A DNA stretch of 64,000 nt from Burkholderiales bacterium. GTDB lineage: Bacteria > Pseudomonadota > Gammaproteobacteria > Burkholderiales > SG8-39. How positions within the stretch are numbered: position 1 is the first letter of the stretch; the number at the start of each line of letters is the position of its first letter. The notes under the pieces are model-generated. The model worked only from the letters and a program-made list of their open reading frames with translations, searched no databases and was not told the origin of the DNA. The translations under genes were made by a program, and so were the position numbers. Shown here one piece after another: positions 63,875 to 64,000 of the stretch. The stretch covers positions 1,761 through 65,760 of the forward strand of contig JBFJOO010000013.1 of NCBI GenBank assembly GCA_041617635.1, in the 5' to 3' direction.

Positions 63875-64000
63875 GTTACCCCCTAGCACCTCATCTGCAT
63901 CGCGGCCGACCCCCTTGGAACGGAGGCGCGACAGGCCGGACGGGACGCGACGCGATTAACCCCTTTTGAATCGATCGGATGTATCGGCGGCTAGATGCCC

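Noticed and set aside
63956-64000. Possible 3' end of an upstream minus-strand gene (a pilI/cheW-like gene is expected before pilJ).
   Set aside because: Only about 15 codons are available before the window edge (…GHLAADTSDRFKRG*), which is too short to support any call.

Overview
This is a high-GC proteobacterial chromosomal segment. All calls rest on reading the ORF translations and the DNA by eye; no searches were run. The gene order looks Beta/Gammaproteobacteria-like: pilT-pilU, yggS-proC-yggT-yggU, pyrR-pyrB-pyrC', ruvX-yqgE and chpA-pilJ. It is densely coding, with about 62 supportable CDS. I found no rRNA, tRNA, CRISPR array, integrase or transposase. The housekeeping part includes two photolyase-family genes, nodIJ-like and Mla/Mce-like ABC systems, hemJ, yggX, a peroxiredoxin, a NitT/TauT-type ABC importer, a TRAP transporter, pyrimidine genes and the Pil-Chp chemosensory genes. 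Five regions look accessory or unusual. (1) A co-directional block at 8.4-14.3 kb encodes a CCAEP-tail radical SAM enzyme, an ATP-grasp enzyme, a membrane protein with a cytoplasmic TIR domain, one TM helix and a periplasmic FGE/SUMF1-type domain, and a secreted tandem-vWA/coiled-coil protein. The TIR/vWA pair is my best candidate for an undescribed signalling or defence module. (2) A roughly 3 kb insertion sits behind hemJ. It carries a small membrane protein, an N-terminally truncated KdpD-like kinase and a KdpE-like regulator, and it is bounded by a decayed duplicate of the hemJ 3' end. (3) An IclR-controlled ubiX-ubiD-CoA-transferase-CoA-transferase cluster resembles anaerobic phthaloyl-CoA decarboxylation loci; it also carries extra PNPOx-like and MetE-like genes, and a MetE-like paralogue lies next to the TRAP system. 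(4) A family of REP-like hairpin doublets occurs at three intergenic loci. (5) A small secreted-peptide gene with its own RBS and terminator lies divergent from a cNMP-binding patatin phospholipase. Many very long ORFs in the six-frame track are antisense high-GC artefacts and were not called.
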